DNA from: an uncultured Alistipes sp.
GTDB lineage: Bacteria; Bacteroidota; Bacteroidia; Bacteroidales; Rikenellaceae
NCBI GenBank assembly: GCA_910576555.1
Contig: CAJTIY010000005.1
Coordinates: 68,359-132,358 of the forward strand
Direction: 5' to 3'
DNA length: 64,000 nucleotides
A program made the position numbers and the translations under genes. Below are positions 20,801 to 29,834 of the stretch, one piece after another. Within the stretch, counting starts at the first letter, position 1. Each line of letters opens with the position of its first letter. The notes beneath the pieces are model-generated. The model saw nothing but the letters and a program-made list of their open reading frames with translations, ran no database searches and was not told the origin of the DNA.

Positions 20801-21063
20801 AGCGTGGCTCCGTCGGCCGGGATGTCGAGCGCGAAACTTCCGTTGCCGTCGGTGGTCGTGCCCTGCTGGGTGCCGCGGACGATGATCGTGGCGCCTGCGA
20901 TGGCCTCTCCGTTTTCGTTGGCGACGCTGCCCGTGATGCGGGTCGGCTGGGCGAACAGCACTGCCGGTGCGAGCAGCGATAGCAGGCAGAGCAGGCGGCA
21001 GCGTGCGGCGACTCCGATTCCCCGTGCGGGGCCGGGTCGTTTTTCCGTCGTAGAATTTTTCAT
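17842..21063 (-). CDS. susC: SusC/RagA TonB-dependent transporter (NanO-like role)
   Basis: DEVVVVGYG, IRGGSSI, PLVLVDG, DIASIEVLKDAASSAIYGAKSSNGIILVTT, LQWET, C-terminal Phe. Confidence 0.96.
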   Translation of the reverse strand: MKNSTTEKRPGPARGIGVAARCRLLCLLSLLAPAVLFAQPTRITGSVANENGEAIAGATIIVRGTQQGTTTDGNGSFALDIPADGATLTVSFIGYATREVTVSSQRTEVRIVLQADMIAVDEVVVVGYGEQLRRTVTSSVAKLDGDALQNLPISNASEGLKGKIAGLRVTQTNFTPGGEFTYQIRGGSSINGTNAPLVLVDGVERDFSAINPNDIASIEVLKDAASSAIYGAKSSNGIILVTTRRGGYNKAPRITFEANWAYQNTETEIEFLNAREYIQVVRSAVAEYLNGPSKGSSEALSYLNGQHSAGIGNKPGGKFSTRYYNPETDVLPAGYQTMPDPVDPSRTIMFRDTDWQDLLYNGAWWQNYYLGIDGGGERVRYSASLGYTNDQGVARSTGYDRMNFKSNLDAKITRRLTASFGVDFARTNTEAYANQRNTISRALANPPTMNAYYDDGSPVEGYNSSSLTPLFYDKYYERSNQKNYLSLIGGLKWEIVDGLTANAHGSFFRTDTKAKQFIKANVYDATRKSSWSQNLTERMKFEAFLSYRKTFAEQHNLSIMGGYSYQRRDYEAVKLAGYGGTSDKVTTINGSASFDADDISTSEQAECQIGFFGRLNYDYKGKYLLTATFREDGSSKFAKSNRWGFFPGISGGWVLTEEPWLDGVRRLDFLKLRASYGSTGNNASVGIYDAYGSYGAGYMYNGNAGIKPSEMPNEKLQWETSDQLDIGFEAGLFGNRIYVSADFFDKRTRNLLYEQQLPNTTGFSKFWTNLGKVRFWGYEVELTTRNIAKKNFSWDSKLVLSYQWNKVLKLPYNGIAKNRTGGIALGDGTFFGGIAEGEPLNRFYGYIATGIIETEEQAANAYYDSKSRNPQVGGKRVGDYEWADRNGDGQITDADRFCLGTTVPPFTGGLSNTFRLKNWTLSVYLDWAMGHSIFDESYSRYFYGTFTNNYALAKDVLKAWKKPGDRTKYAKFWANDSNWGNNNYNRAPTNVFTYKGDYLCIREITLQYALPARLFTKVGLKGVTFTLSGNNLHYFTETQGISPEQGSATTYDGDVFYNYPPIRRISFGIKLTF

Positions 21064-21141
21064 CGGGTCGAAGTTTTTGGATTCATAATGCGGTTTGTAG
21101 GGTTGTGTCTTGTCGGGTGTTTCCGGAAAATGATGCGCCGG

Positions 21142-23697
21142 CTATTCGCGGCGGCCGAACAGGGTCAGACGGTCCGTGTCGCGCTTCAGGTGCGGGGTGG
21201 CGAGACTCGCCAGATAGCCGACGACGTAGCAGGAGATGAATCCCGTCGTGGAGTAGAGCAGCAGGTTGACGTAGCCGCCTCGCGCCACGACGATCTGCAC
21301 GACGACGCTTGCGGCGATGCCGCACAGGGCGCCGAACGAGTTGGCGCTGCGCGTGGTCAGCCCCAGCAGGAAGAGGCCGCCCAGACCGCCGAGCAGAATG
21401 CCGAGGATCTTCGAGAACTCGTCCCACAGCGACATGATCTCCCACGAGGCCATCACCAGCGCGAAGCCGATGCCCACGAGCCCCAGCACGAGCGTCGAGA
21501 GCCGTGCCGCGAGGAGCGTGCGGCGACCCTCCCCGGCGGGCGATATTTTGCGCCAGATGTCCGTGGTGAAGGCCGTGGCCGCGGAGTTCATGCTGCTGCT
21601 GAGCGTCGACATGGCGGCGGCGAAGAGTCCCGCGATGACCAGCCCGAGCACGCCGGTCGGGAGCCGGGTGCTCACGAACCACGGCAGGATGGCGTCGCCG
21701 TCGGCGACCGAGAGGCTCATCTGCCCGGGGAAGTGGCGGTAGAAGGCCCACAGCGCCGTGCCCACGAGGAAGAAGAGGATGCTCGCGGGGACGGTGAGCG
21801 CTGCGTTGACGTATACGCCCTTGCGGGCCTCGCGTTCGGTCGAGGTGGTCAGGTAGCGCTGTACGATGGTCTGGTCGGTGCCGTAGGTGGTGACGTTGGT
21901 GAAGAAGGTGGCGATCAGTACGGTCCACACGGTGGGCCGGCGCAGGTCGAAGGCTGTCGAGCCCATGCCGAACTTGCCGGCCTCGGCGGCCTCGGCGGCG
22001 ACCTCCGTGAGCGACTCCGGCAGGCGGATGCCGATGGCGGCCAGTACGGCGATCGCGGCGCCCAGCAGCACGACCACCTGCAGCGCCTCGGTCCAAGCCA
22101 CGGCCTCGATACCGCCCATGAGCGTGTAGATCAGGCTCAAGGTGCCCATCAGCGCGATGCAGAGGAAGATGTCGAATCCCGTGACGACGTTCAGTGCGAT
22201 GGAGGGCAGCAGCAGGACGACGCCCATGCGGCCTATCTGGAAGAGGATGAAGGCGATGCTGCAGAGGATGCGTACCGCGGGGTTGAAGCGCGCCTCGAGG
22301 TATTCATAGGCGGTCGTGACGTCGAGCCGTCGGTAGAAGGGGATGAAGCAGCGCACGATGACCGGCACGCAGAGGATGATGCCCGCGTTGAAGAGCAGGT
22401 AGCTCCAGTCGGTGGCGTAGGCTTTGGCGGGAATCGCCATGAAGGTGATGGCGCTCAAGGCCGTTCCGAAGATGCTCAACCCGGCGATGAACCACGGGAT
22501 GCGGCCCCCGCCCTTGAAGTAGTCGTCGGAGCTCTTCTGGTTGCGCGAGAAGTACCACCCGATGAGGGCCAGCGCTGCGAAGTAGAGGCCGATGACCAGC
22601 ATGTCCCAGCCGCTCATGCGGCGGACGGTGCTCTCGAGCGTGCCGCGCAGTACGACGGGCGTACGGACGCCGGGCGCCGTTTCGCCGGAGATCACCGCGA
22701 TGCCCGTCTCGGTCCGCAGCGCGTTGGTCGTCACGGGCAGCGTCATCCCTTCGGGCATCGGGTGGTGCGTCAGGGTGCCGGTGACCGTGTGGTAGAGCCG
22801 CATCGTCCGCTCGTCTCCGTTTGCGGCGTCGCGTCCTCCGAGCAGCAGGATGTGGTTGGTGCCGAACGGCGCGGCCGTCCCCGCCATGACGGGAAACGAC
22901 CCTTCGAGCGGCCGCCAGCGGTTCAGACGCGGGTTGTATTCCCATGCGTCGTCGAGCACCGTCCATGCCGCGTCCTCCGCGAATTCGCGGCCGCTGAAGA
23001 GGTAGAGGCAGTTGTCCGCTCCGTCGCTCTGGGCCGCGGCTACGGCGAAGGCGCGTGCGGGGCCGGGGCAGGGCGCGGCCTCCCTCCAGCCTGCCGTCGT
23101 GTCGCGCAGGTCGAGCACGAAAAAGTCGCGTGTCGTGCGGGCCCGCTCGACCGTTTCGATGCCGCCCGCGACGTAGACCCGGTCACCGATGCGGCAACCG
23201 GCGGCGTGGGCCAGCGGACGCGGCAGCGGCGGATAGGGAACGAGGCGCGGCGTTCCGTCGTCGAGCCGCAGCAGGACGACTTCGGCGGTGCAGGCTTCGG
23301 CGTCGCAGCCTCCGATGCAGAGGATGCCGCCCTCGTGGGGGATCGAGACCCCGTAGGCCCGGGGTTCGGGCAGGAAGCCGGCGATCGTGCGCCAGCCTTC
23401 GGCGGGGGTGTGCAGGTGGAGATCTGCGTGGTAGCGTTTCGTACCCCCCCCCTCGGCGGGGGTGCCGTCGGGGAAGTTCGCACCGCCCGCCACGACGAGC
23501 GTTCCGTCTGCGGCGTATCCCGAGAAGGCGCCCGCCACTCCGATGTGGGGAGCGCCGTCGCTGTCGGGCGGCAGGAGCAGGGAGGCGTCCCAGCGTATCA
23601 GGTCGGTTTCGGTCAGCCGCACGGCGGGTCCGTCGCCGGCGAAGGCCGGAAGTTGTGCGGACAGCGCGAGGGCAAGGGTCAGCAGTCGGTTTTTCAT
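21142..23697 (-). CDS. Fusion of a Kelch-type sialic acid mutarotase (NanM) and a sodium:solute symporter
   Basis: Start MKNRLLTLAL at 23697; N-half GVAGAFSG, VAGGANFP, CIGG, YVAGG, LFSG, ISGETAPGVRTP (cyclically permuted NanM-like); C-half DYFKGGGRIPW...LSAITFMAIPAKAY, TAYEYLEARF, GGIEAVAWTE, DQTIVQRY. Confidence 0.88.
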   Translation of the reverse strand: MKNRLLTLALALSAQLPAFAGDGPAVRLTETDLIRWDASLLLPPDSDGAPHIGVAGAFSGYAADGTLVVAGGANFPDGTPAEGGGTKRYHADLHLHTPAEGWRTIAGFLPEPRAYGVSIPHEGGILCIGGCDAEACTAEVVLLRLDDGTPRLVPYPPLPRPLAHAAGCRIGDRVYVAGGIETVERARTTRDFFVLDLRDTTAGWREAAPCPGPARAFAVAAAQSDGADNCLYLFSGREFAEDAAWTVLDDAWEYNPRLNRWRPLEGSFPVMAGTAAPFGTNHILLLGGRDAANGDERTMRLYHTVTGTLTHHPMPEGMTLPVTTNALRTETGIAVISGETAPGVRTPVVLRGTLESTVRRMSGWDMLVIGLYFAALALIGWYFSRNQKSSDDYFKGGGRIPWFIAGLSIFGTALSAITFMAIPAKAYATDWSYLLFNAGIILCVPVIVRCFIPFYRRLDVTTAYEYLEARFNPAVRILCSIAFILFQIGRMGVVLLLPSIALNVVTGFDIFLCIALMGTLSLIYTLMGGIEAVAWTEALQVVVLLGAAIAVLAAIGIRLPESLTEVAAEAAEAGKFGMGSTAFDLRRPTVWTVLIATFFTNVTTYGTDQTIVQRYLTTSTEREARKGVYVNAALTVPASILFFLVGTALWAFYRHFPGQMSLSVADGDAILPWFVSTRLPTGVLGLVIAGLFAAAMSTLSSSMNSAATAFTTDIWRKISPAGEGRRTLLAARLSTLVLGLVGIGFALVMASWEIMSLWDEFSKILGILLGGLGGLFLLGLTTRSANSFGALCGIAASVVVQIVVARGGYVNLLLYSTTGFISCYVVGYLASLATPHLKRDTDRLTLFGRRE

Positions 23698-23714
23698 GGG
23701 TTCGGGCGGCGCTT

Positions 23715-24611
23715 TTAGCGGATGAAGCCGATGCGGTGCAGTTCGTCGGCGAGCGTCTGCATCTCCTCGTCGGTGTAGGGTGCGAAGGGCAGCCGGCAGT
23801 CGCCGCAGTCGAGCCCCAGCAGGTTCATGATGGCCTTGCCGCCCCGTACGCCGCCGCCGTGGCGGATGATGACGCGCACGAGCTCGACCGACTCCTGCTG
23901 GTATTTGCGCGCCAGCTCGAGATCGCCCGCGAAGAAGGCGTCGCAGATGCCGCGGTAGGTCGCCAGCGCGTAGTTGTAGGTGCTGCCCACGCCGCCGCGC
24001 GCTCCCGTCGCCAGACCGCACAGCAGCATTTCGTCGAATCCGTTGAGGATGTCGAAGCGCCCCTCTTCGAGGCGGAGGCATTCGAGCATCTCCATGAAAT
24101 CGTTCGAGGTGAATTTGATGCCGTTCAGGTTGGGCATCGCGCGCGAGCCCTTCTCGAGGAACTCCTTCATCGGCAGATGGACGCCCGTGACCGAAGGCAT
24201 GTGGTAGGTGTAGAACGGAATCGGCGCGACGGCGTCGGCGATGGGCTCGTAGAACTCCACGAGCTCCTCGACCCGTGCGGGTTTGAAGTAGAACGGTGCG
24301 ATGGCGCCTACGGCGTCGACGCCGATGCCGGCCGCGTGGCGGGCCAGCTCCACGCAGTCGCGCTGGCAGGTGCCGCCCACGTGGGCGATGATGCGGATGC
24401 GTCCGGCCGCGGCCGCATGCCATGCCTCGAGCACCTGTTTGCGTTCGGCGACGGTCATGGAGGTGCACTCGCCCGTGGAGCCGCAGACGAATACGCCGTC
24501 GGCTCCGTCGGCGATGAGGCGCTCGGCATAGGGGGCGATCCGTTCGAGGTTCAGGGCGCCCGCCTTGTCGAAGGGGGTGAATACTGCAGGGATGAGTCCG
24601 GTGAGTTTCAT
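23715..24611 (-). CDS. nanA: N-acetylneuraminate lyase (DHDPS family)
   Basis: GSTGE motif, YTYHMP, Schiff-base Lys in GIKFT, GFDE, GSTYN; first gene of the sialidase locus. Confidence 0.88.
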   Translation of the reverse strand: MKLTGLIPAVFTPFDKAGALNLERIAPYAERLIADGADGVFVCGSTGECTSMTVAERKQVLEAWHAAAAGRIRIIAHVGGTCQRDCVELARHAAGIGVDAVGAIAPFYFKPARVEELVEFYEPIADAVAPIPFYTYHMPSVTGVHLPMKEFLEKGSRAMPNLNGIKFTSNDFMEMLECLRLEEGRFDILNGFDEMLLCGLATGARGGVGSTYNYALATYRGICDAFFAGDLELARKYQQESVELVRVIIRHGGGVRGGKAIMNLLGLDCGDCRLPFAPYTDEEMQTLADELHRIGFIR

Positions 24612-24642
24612 GTTGGGTCGTGTTATTTTAATGATAAATCAT

Positions 24643-24683
24643 ATTTGTATGACAAATGTAAGCAAATAATTTTTCGGACCAAA
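24643..24683 (-). promoter_or_regulatory. nan operon promoter overlapped by a FadR-type operator
   Basis: Minus strand TTTG (24683-24680) N19 TACATTTG (24660-24653); palindrome ATTTGT-ATG-ACAAAT at 24643-24657. Confidence 0.7.
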
Positions 24684-24719
24684 AAAAAGTACGTTTTTTT
24701 TATTTCCGTTTTTTTGCAC

Positions 24720-24727
24720 TACCTTTG
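24720..24727 (+). promoter_or_regulatory. -7 box (TACCTTTG) of the metK promoter
   Basis: TAnnTTTG about 25 nt upstream of the riboswitch. Confidence 0.6.
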
Positions 24728-24752
24728 TCGTCCCGTCTGTCAAGCGGGGAAA

Positions 24753-24804
24753 TGTGGAAAGATTTGACTGATTGCAAACCACAATAAAAAATCGCTAAAA
24801 CAGC
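24753..24804 (+). ncRNA. SAM-II-type riboswitch aptamer in the metK leader
   Basis: TGTGG-AAA-GATTT-GACTG-A-TTGCAA-A-CCACA-ATAAA-AAATC-GCTAAAA-CAG: P1 TGTGG/CCACA, conserved GATTT, TTGCAA, ATAAA and GCTAAAA blocks, pseudoknot CTG/CAG; upstream of SAM synthetase. Confidence 0.8.
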
Positions 24805-24918
24805 ACGTTTTTTATTCCAACAGCCAATTTTTCCCATTTTATACGTTTTTATTCATTAACCGGGAGGCGGATTCCGTGTGCGACGAGCGGAAACGCGCCC
24901 AACAAACAACCGTATAAC

Positions 24919-26223
24919 ATGGGTTTCTTATTCACTTCGGAATCGGTGTCGGAAGGACACCCCGATAAGGTCTCGGACCAGATTTCCGATGCCATTCTCG
25001 ACGAATTCCTGCGCCGCGACCCCGAATCGAAGGTCGCGTGCGAGACGCTCTGCACCACGGGTCTCGTGGTCGTGGCGGGCGAGGTGCGCTCGGAGGCGTA
25101 CGTCGACGTGCAGGAGGTGGCGCGCCGCGTGATCGGCCGCATCGGCTACACCAAGAGCGAGTATCGCTTCGACTGCAATTCGTGCGGCGTCGTCTCGGCG
25201 ATCCACGAGCAGTCGTCGGACATCAATCGGGGCGTCGTGCGCGAGGCCGAGGAGGAGCAGGGTGCCGGCGATCAGGGCATCATGTTCGGATACGCCTGCA
25301 ACGAGACGCGCGAGATGATGCCCGCGACGCTGATCCTCTCGCACGTGATCCTCAAGGAGCTGGCGGTGATCCGCCGCGAGGGCACGGCCATGACCTACCT
25401 GCGTCCCGACTCGAAGTCGCAGGTGACCGTCGAGTACGACGAGACGACGGGCAAGCCGCAACGCGTGCATACGATCGTGGTCTCGACGCAGCACGACGAA
25501 TTCATCCTCCCGGGCGAGGGCGTCGGCGAGAAGGAGGCCGAGCGCCGGATGCAGGAGCGCATCCGCGAGGATGTGCGCACGATCCTCATCCCGCGCGTGA
25601 AGGCGCGTCTGGAGCGTGCGGGCGACAAGCTCGCGGAGCTCATCGGCGACGACTACATCCTGCACGTCAATCCCACGGGCAAGTTCGTGATCGGCGGCCC
25701 CCACGGCGATACGGGCCTCACGGGCCGCAAGATCATCGTCGACACCTACGGCGGCCGCGGCGCCCACGGCGGCGGCGCCTTCTCGGGCAAGGACTCCTCG
25801 AAGGTCGACCGCTCGGCGGCCTATGCCGCGCGGCACATCGCCAAGAACCTCGTGGCGGCGGGCGTCGCCGACGAGGTGCTGGTCGAGCTGTCGTACGCCA
25901 TCGGCATCGCCGAGCCGCTGTCGATCTATGTCGACACCTACCGCTCGGCGCGTCCGGCGGCGCTCGAGGGGATGACCGACGGCGAGATCGCCCGCCGCAT
26001 CGGCAAGCTCTTCGACCTGCGTCCGGCGTCGATCGTGAAGCGCTTCGGGCTGAAAAATCCCATCTTCGAGGCGACGGCCTCCTACGGCCACTTCGGCAAC
26101 CGTCCCTACACGAAGACGGTGACCCTCCGCGAGCACGGCAGCGACGTCGAACGGGAGGTGGAGTTCTTCGGCTGGGAGCGGCTCGATGCCGTGGAGGCCA
26201 TCCGCAAGGAGTTCGGGCTCTGA
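24919..26223 (+). CDS. metK: S-adenosylmethionine synthetase
   Basis: [49 protein letters not shown]. Confidence 0.98.
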   Translation: MGFLFTSESVSEGHPDKVSDQISDAILDEFLRRDPESKVACETLCTTGLVVVAGEVRSEAYVDVQEVARRVIGRIGYTKSEYRFDCNSCGVVSAIHEQSSDINRGVVREAEEEQGAGDQGIMFGYACNETREMMPATLILSHVILKELAVIRREGTAMTYLRPDSKSQVTVEYDETTGKPQRVHTIVVSTQHDEFILPGEGVGEKEAERRMQERIREDVRTILIPRVKARLERAGDKLAELIGDDYILHVNPTGKFVIGGPHGDTGLTGRKIIVDTYGGRGAHGGGAFSGKDSSKVDRSAAYAARHIAKNLVAAGVADEVLVELSYAIGIAEPLSIYVDTYRSARPAALEGMTDGEIARRIGKLFDLRPASIVKRFGLKNPIFEATASYGHFGNRPYTKTVTLREHGSDVEREVEFFGWERLDAVEAIRKEFGL

Positions 26224-26254
26224 CGCCCGGCGGCCGCAGCGCACGTTGCGCATG

Positions 26255-26286
26255 CGAAGGACGGTACTTCCGGGTGCCGTCCTTCG
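26255..26286. terminator. Stem-loop downstream of metK
   Basis: CGAAGGACGGTAC/GTGCCGTCCTTCG stem; no clear U-tract. Confidence 0.45.
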
Positions 26287-26582
26287 TCGCGTTCATGGGG
26301 CGGTGCGCGGCGCGGGCGTTGCGGCCCTCTTCGGAAGGGAATCATGGCGTTCCGCCGGATTCCGGCGGAATCGGCGCTGCTCGTTCGGACGCGGGCCGTC
26401 TGCCGGAAAGTGTCCGTCCGTGGTCGGGATCGGTCCGAAAAGGGGACGGGCTGCGGGCTTCGCTGCCCCGATTTTTGCACTTCCGGCATACTAACGGGAC
26501 GTTCGGCGGCGTTAATCCGACAAAACAGTGCATGCCTATGACGCAAGTGGCCTTCGATAATCGTTTTTAACATCTGTTTATT

Positions 26583-28076
26583 ATGAAAAAGGCTTTTTTA
26601 ATCTTGGGAGCGATCGCCGTTTCGGCCGCTGCGGGCGGCGTGACGGCGTGGGCGGTGGCCGAGCGCAGCGGTTCGGTCGCCTATATCGAGCGGGAGGTGG
26701 AACGCACGCCCGCACTGGGAGCGCACTTCACCTCCTATGAATCGGAGCGCTATCCCGATCTTACGTATGCCGCCGAAAACGCAGTGAAGGCGGTGGTGAA
26801 CATCGAGGCCGTGCAGCGCGTCGAGATGCCATCGCGCCGCAGCTACGGCTACGACCCCTTCCTCGAATTCTTCGGCTTCCCGCAGGGTTCGGGCCGGCGC
26901 GGCGACGCGGCGGACGAGGGGCGCTACCGCGAGCAGCGGGCCGGCGGTTCGGGCGTCATCATCTCGACCGACGGCTACATCGTGACGAACAACCACGTGG
27001 TCGACGGCGCTTCGAAGCTGCGGGCGACGCTCAACGACGGACGCTCGTTCGACGCGACGCTCGTGGGCAAGGACGCCGCGACGGACATCGCCCTGCTGAA
27101 GATCGAGGCCGAGGAGCTGCCGACCCTCTCCTTCGGTTCGTCCGATGCGTTGCGGCTGGGCGAGTGGGTGCTGGCCATCGGTTCGCCCTTCGACCTGCGC
27201 TCGACCGTCACGGCGGGCATCGTGAGTGCCAAAGCGCGCCAGATGGGCGTGATTCCGAGCCGTTTCAGCGTCGAGTCGTTCATCCAGACCGACGCGGCGG
27301 TGAACCCCGGCAACTCGGGCGGTGCGCTCGTCAATACGCACGGCGAGCTGGTGGGCATCAATACGCTCATCGTCTCGCAGACGGGCAGCTATATCGGCTA
27401 TTCGTTCGCCGTGCCCGAGTCGATCGTGCGTAAGGTGGTCACCGACCTCAAGGAGTTCGGCATCGTGCAGCGCGCGCTGCTGGGGGTCGAGTTCCGCTTC
27501 GTCGATCAGGCCTTCCTCGATGAGGCGGGCGAGGAGCTGGGGCTGAAGGAGCCCGGCGGCGCCTACGTGGCATCGGTCGTCGAGGGGGGCGCGGCTTCGG
27601 AGGCCGGCATCCGCAAGGGCGACGTGATCGTCGCGATCGACGGCGTGGAGATCGTCGGTGCGTCGACGCTGCAGGAGCAGATCGCCAAGCGTCGTCCGAG
27701 CGACAAGGTGAAATTGACCGTAAAAAGAGCGGGTCGGGTGAAACAATTCGAGGTTACCTTGCGTAATATGGCAGGTAAAACCGATCCCGTCACCAAAGAG
27801 GACGTCGCCGTGGCCGAGGTGCTGGGTGGCAAGTTCGCCGAGGTGAGTACGCGCGAAGCCCGCGAACTCGACATCCGGGGCGGCGTGCGGGTGACGTCGG
27901 TCAAGGCCGACGGTATTCTGGCCCGGGCCCGCGTCCGTCAGGGATTCGTCATCACCCACGTCAACGACCGGGCGGTGCTTTCGCTCGCCGATCTGGAGCG
28001 CATGACCGGCAAGGTCCGCACCATCGACGGCGTCTATCCCGACGGCAGGGCGGCGAGCTACACGCTCGTCGAGTAG
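26583..28076 (+). CDS. htrA: Do/HtrA (DegP/DegQ) serine protease with PDZ domains
   Basis: GSGVII, TNNHVV (His), DIALLK (Asp), QTDAAVNPGNSGG (Ser); two PDZ-like regions. Confidence 0.93.
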   Translation: MKKAFLILGAIAVSAAAGGVTAWAVAERSGSVAYIEREVERTPALGAHFTSYESERYPDLTYAAENAVKAVVNIEAVQRVEMPSRRSYGYDPFLEFFGFPQGSGRRGDAADEGRYREQRAGGSGVIISTDGYIVTNNHVVDGASKLRATLNDGRSFDATLVGKDAATDIALLKIEAEELPTLSFGSSDALRLGEWVLAIGSPFDLRSTVTAGIVSAKARQMGVIPSRFSVESFIQTDAAVNPGNSGGALVNTHGELVGINTLIVSQTGSYIGYSFAVPESIVRKVVTDLKEFGIVQRALLGVEFRFVDQAFLDEAGEELGLKEPGGAYVASVVEGGAASEAGIRKGDVIVAIDGVEIVGASTLQEQIAKRRPSDKVKLTVKRAGRVKQFEVTLRNMAGKTDPVTKEDVAVAEVLGGKFAEVSTREARELDIRGGVRVTSVKADGILARARVRQGFVITHVNDRAVLSLADLERMTGKVRTIDGVYPDGRAASYTLVE

Positions 28077-28166
28077 GCTGCGCGGCGGCCGGTCGTACGG
28101 CGGCCGGCACGCCTCTGCGGCGGGGCGGGCGAGGAAACGATTATTTGTGGAGTTAAAAGATAGAAC

Positions 28167-29027
28167 ATGCGTCAGTTAAAAATTACGAAATCCATCACCA
28201 ACCGCGAGAGCGCCTCGCTGGACAAATACCTGCAGGAGATCGGCAAGGAGGAGCTCATCACGGTCGAGGAGGAGGTGGAACTCGCTCAACGGATCAAGAA
28301 AGGCGATCAGGAAGCGCTGGAGAAGCTCACCAAAGCCAACCTGCGTTTCGTGGTCTCGGTCGCCAAACAATACCAGAATCAGGGCTTGAGCCTCCCCGAC
28401 CTGATCAACGAGGGAAACTTGGGCCTGATCAAGGCCGCCGAGAAGTTCGACGAAACCCGCGGTTTCAAGTTCATCTCCTATGCCGTGTGGTGGATCCGTC
28501 AGTCGATTCTGCAGGCGCTCGCCGAGCAGTCGCGCATCGTCCGTCTGCCGCTCAATCAGGTGGGCTCGCTCAACAAGATCAACAAGGCGTTCGCCCGCTT
28601 CGAGCAGGAGCACGAGCGCACGCCGTCGCCCGAGGAGCTCGCCTCGGAGCTTTCGCTGCCTAAAGAGAAAGTCACCGACACGCTGCGTGTCGCCGGCCGC
28701 CACGTCTCGGTCGACGCTCCGTTCGCCGACGGCGAGGACAACTCGCTGCTCGACGTGCTGGTCAACCCCGATTCGCCCAACGCCGACCGCGGGCTGATCA
28801 ACGAGTCGCTCTCGACGGAGGTCGACCGTGCGCTGGAGACCCTCACCGAGCGCGAGCGCGACATCATCAAGTACTTCTTCGGCATCGGCTGCTCGGAGAT
28901 GACCCTCGAGGAGATCGGCGAGAAGTTCGACCTCACGCGCGAGCGCGTGCGTCAGATCAAGGAGAAGGCGATCCGCCGCCTGCGCCACTCGTCGCGGTCG
29001 AAGCTGCTGAAGTCCTATCTGGGATAG
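28167..29027 (+). CDS. rpoD: Primary RNA polymerase sigma factor (short Bacteroidota type, no region 1.1)
   Basis: [62 protein letters not shown]. Confidence 0.95.
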   Translation: MRQLKITKSITNRESASLDKYLQEIGKEELITVEEEVELAQRIKKGDQEALEKLTKANLRFVVSVAKQYQNQGLSLPDLINEGNLGLIKAAEKFDETRGFKFISYAVWWIRQSILQALAEQSRIVRLPLNQVGSLNKINKAFARFEQEHERTPSPEELASELSLPKEKVTDTLRVAGRHVSVDAPFADGEDNSLLDVLVNPDSPNADRGLINESLSTEVDRALETLTERERDIIKYFFGIGCSEMTLEEIGEKFDLTRERVRQIKEKAIRRLRHSSRSKLLKSYLG

Positions 29028-29057
29028 GGGATCCGATCGTCGGCGTCCGAACAGATA

Positions 29058-29096
29058 CGAAACGCCCCGGCTGCTTCAGACAGCCGGGGCGTTTCG
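29058..29096. terminator. Terminator hairpin between convergent rpoD and ung
   Basis: CGAAACGCCCCGGCTG/CAGCCGGGGCGTTTCG perfect 16-bp stem. Confidence 0.75.
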
Positions 29097-29100
29097 CGTT

Positions 29101-29763
29101 TTACCACACGATCGGCTCCTTGCCGACGCTGGCGAGGTATTCGTTGGCGCGCGAGAAGTGGCGGCAGCCGAAGAAGCCGCGGAAGACCGACAGCGGCGAG
29201 GGGTGCACGGCCTTGAGGATGCAGTTGCGCGTCGGGTCGGCGATGGCGCCTTTGCGCTGGGCGTAGTTGCCCCACAGCATGTAGACGATGCCCTGCTTGC
29301 GCTCCGATATCGCCCGCACCACGGCATCGGTGAAGGTCTCCCAGCCGCGCCCGGCGTGCGAGGCCGCCTCGTGCGCCCGGACCGTCAGCACGGCGTTGAG
29401 CAGCAGCACGCCCTGTTCGGCCCAGCGGTCGAGGTTGCCCGTGGCGGGAACCGGAGTGCCGGTGTCGTCGGCGACCTCCTTGAAGATGTTCTGCAGCGAG
29501 GGCGGGAAAGGCACGCCGTCGCCCACCGAGAAGCAGAGTCCGTTGGCCTGCCCGGGACCGTGGTAGGGGTCCTGCCCGATGACCACCACCTTCAGCTTGT
29601 CGAAGGGGCATTTGTCGAAGGCGCGGAAGATGTTGCTGCCGCGCGGGTAGATGCGCCGCGTGGCGTACTCCTGCCGGATGAATTCGGTCAGTTGGGCGAA
29701 GTAGGGTTTTTCGAACTCCGGAGCGAGGAGCTCCTTCCAGTCGGGGGCGATCTTTACGTCCAT
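29101..29763 (-). CDS. ung: Uracil-DNA glycosylase (family 1)
   Basis: GQDPYH, GVLLLN, HPSPLS. Confidence 0.97.
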   Translation of the reverse strand: MDVKIAPDWKELLAPEFEKPYFAQLTEFIRQEYATRRIYPRGSNIFRAFDKCPFDKLKVVVIGQDPYHGPGQANGLCFSVGDGVPFPPSLQNIFKEVADDTGTPVPATGNLDRWAEQGVLLLNAVLTVRAHEAASHAGRGWETFTDAVVRAISERKQGIVYMLWGNYAQRKGAIADPTRNCILKAVHPSPLSVFRGFFGCRHFSRANEYLASVGKEPIVW

Positions 29764-29834
29764 CGTTGCGAGCGGGTTAAAGTTTTCGTAAAAGTACGAA
29801 AAAGTCGGCGATTTTCGCGTATCTTTGTTCTGCT

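Noticed and set aside
21142..24468. Triple fusion nanA-nanM-SSS (1108 aa)
   Set aside because: nanA is in another frame with its own stop at 23715; the real fusion starts at 23697
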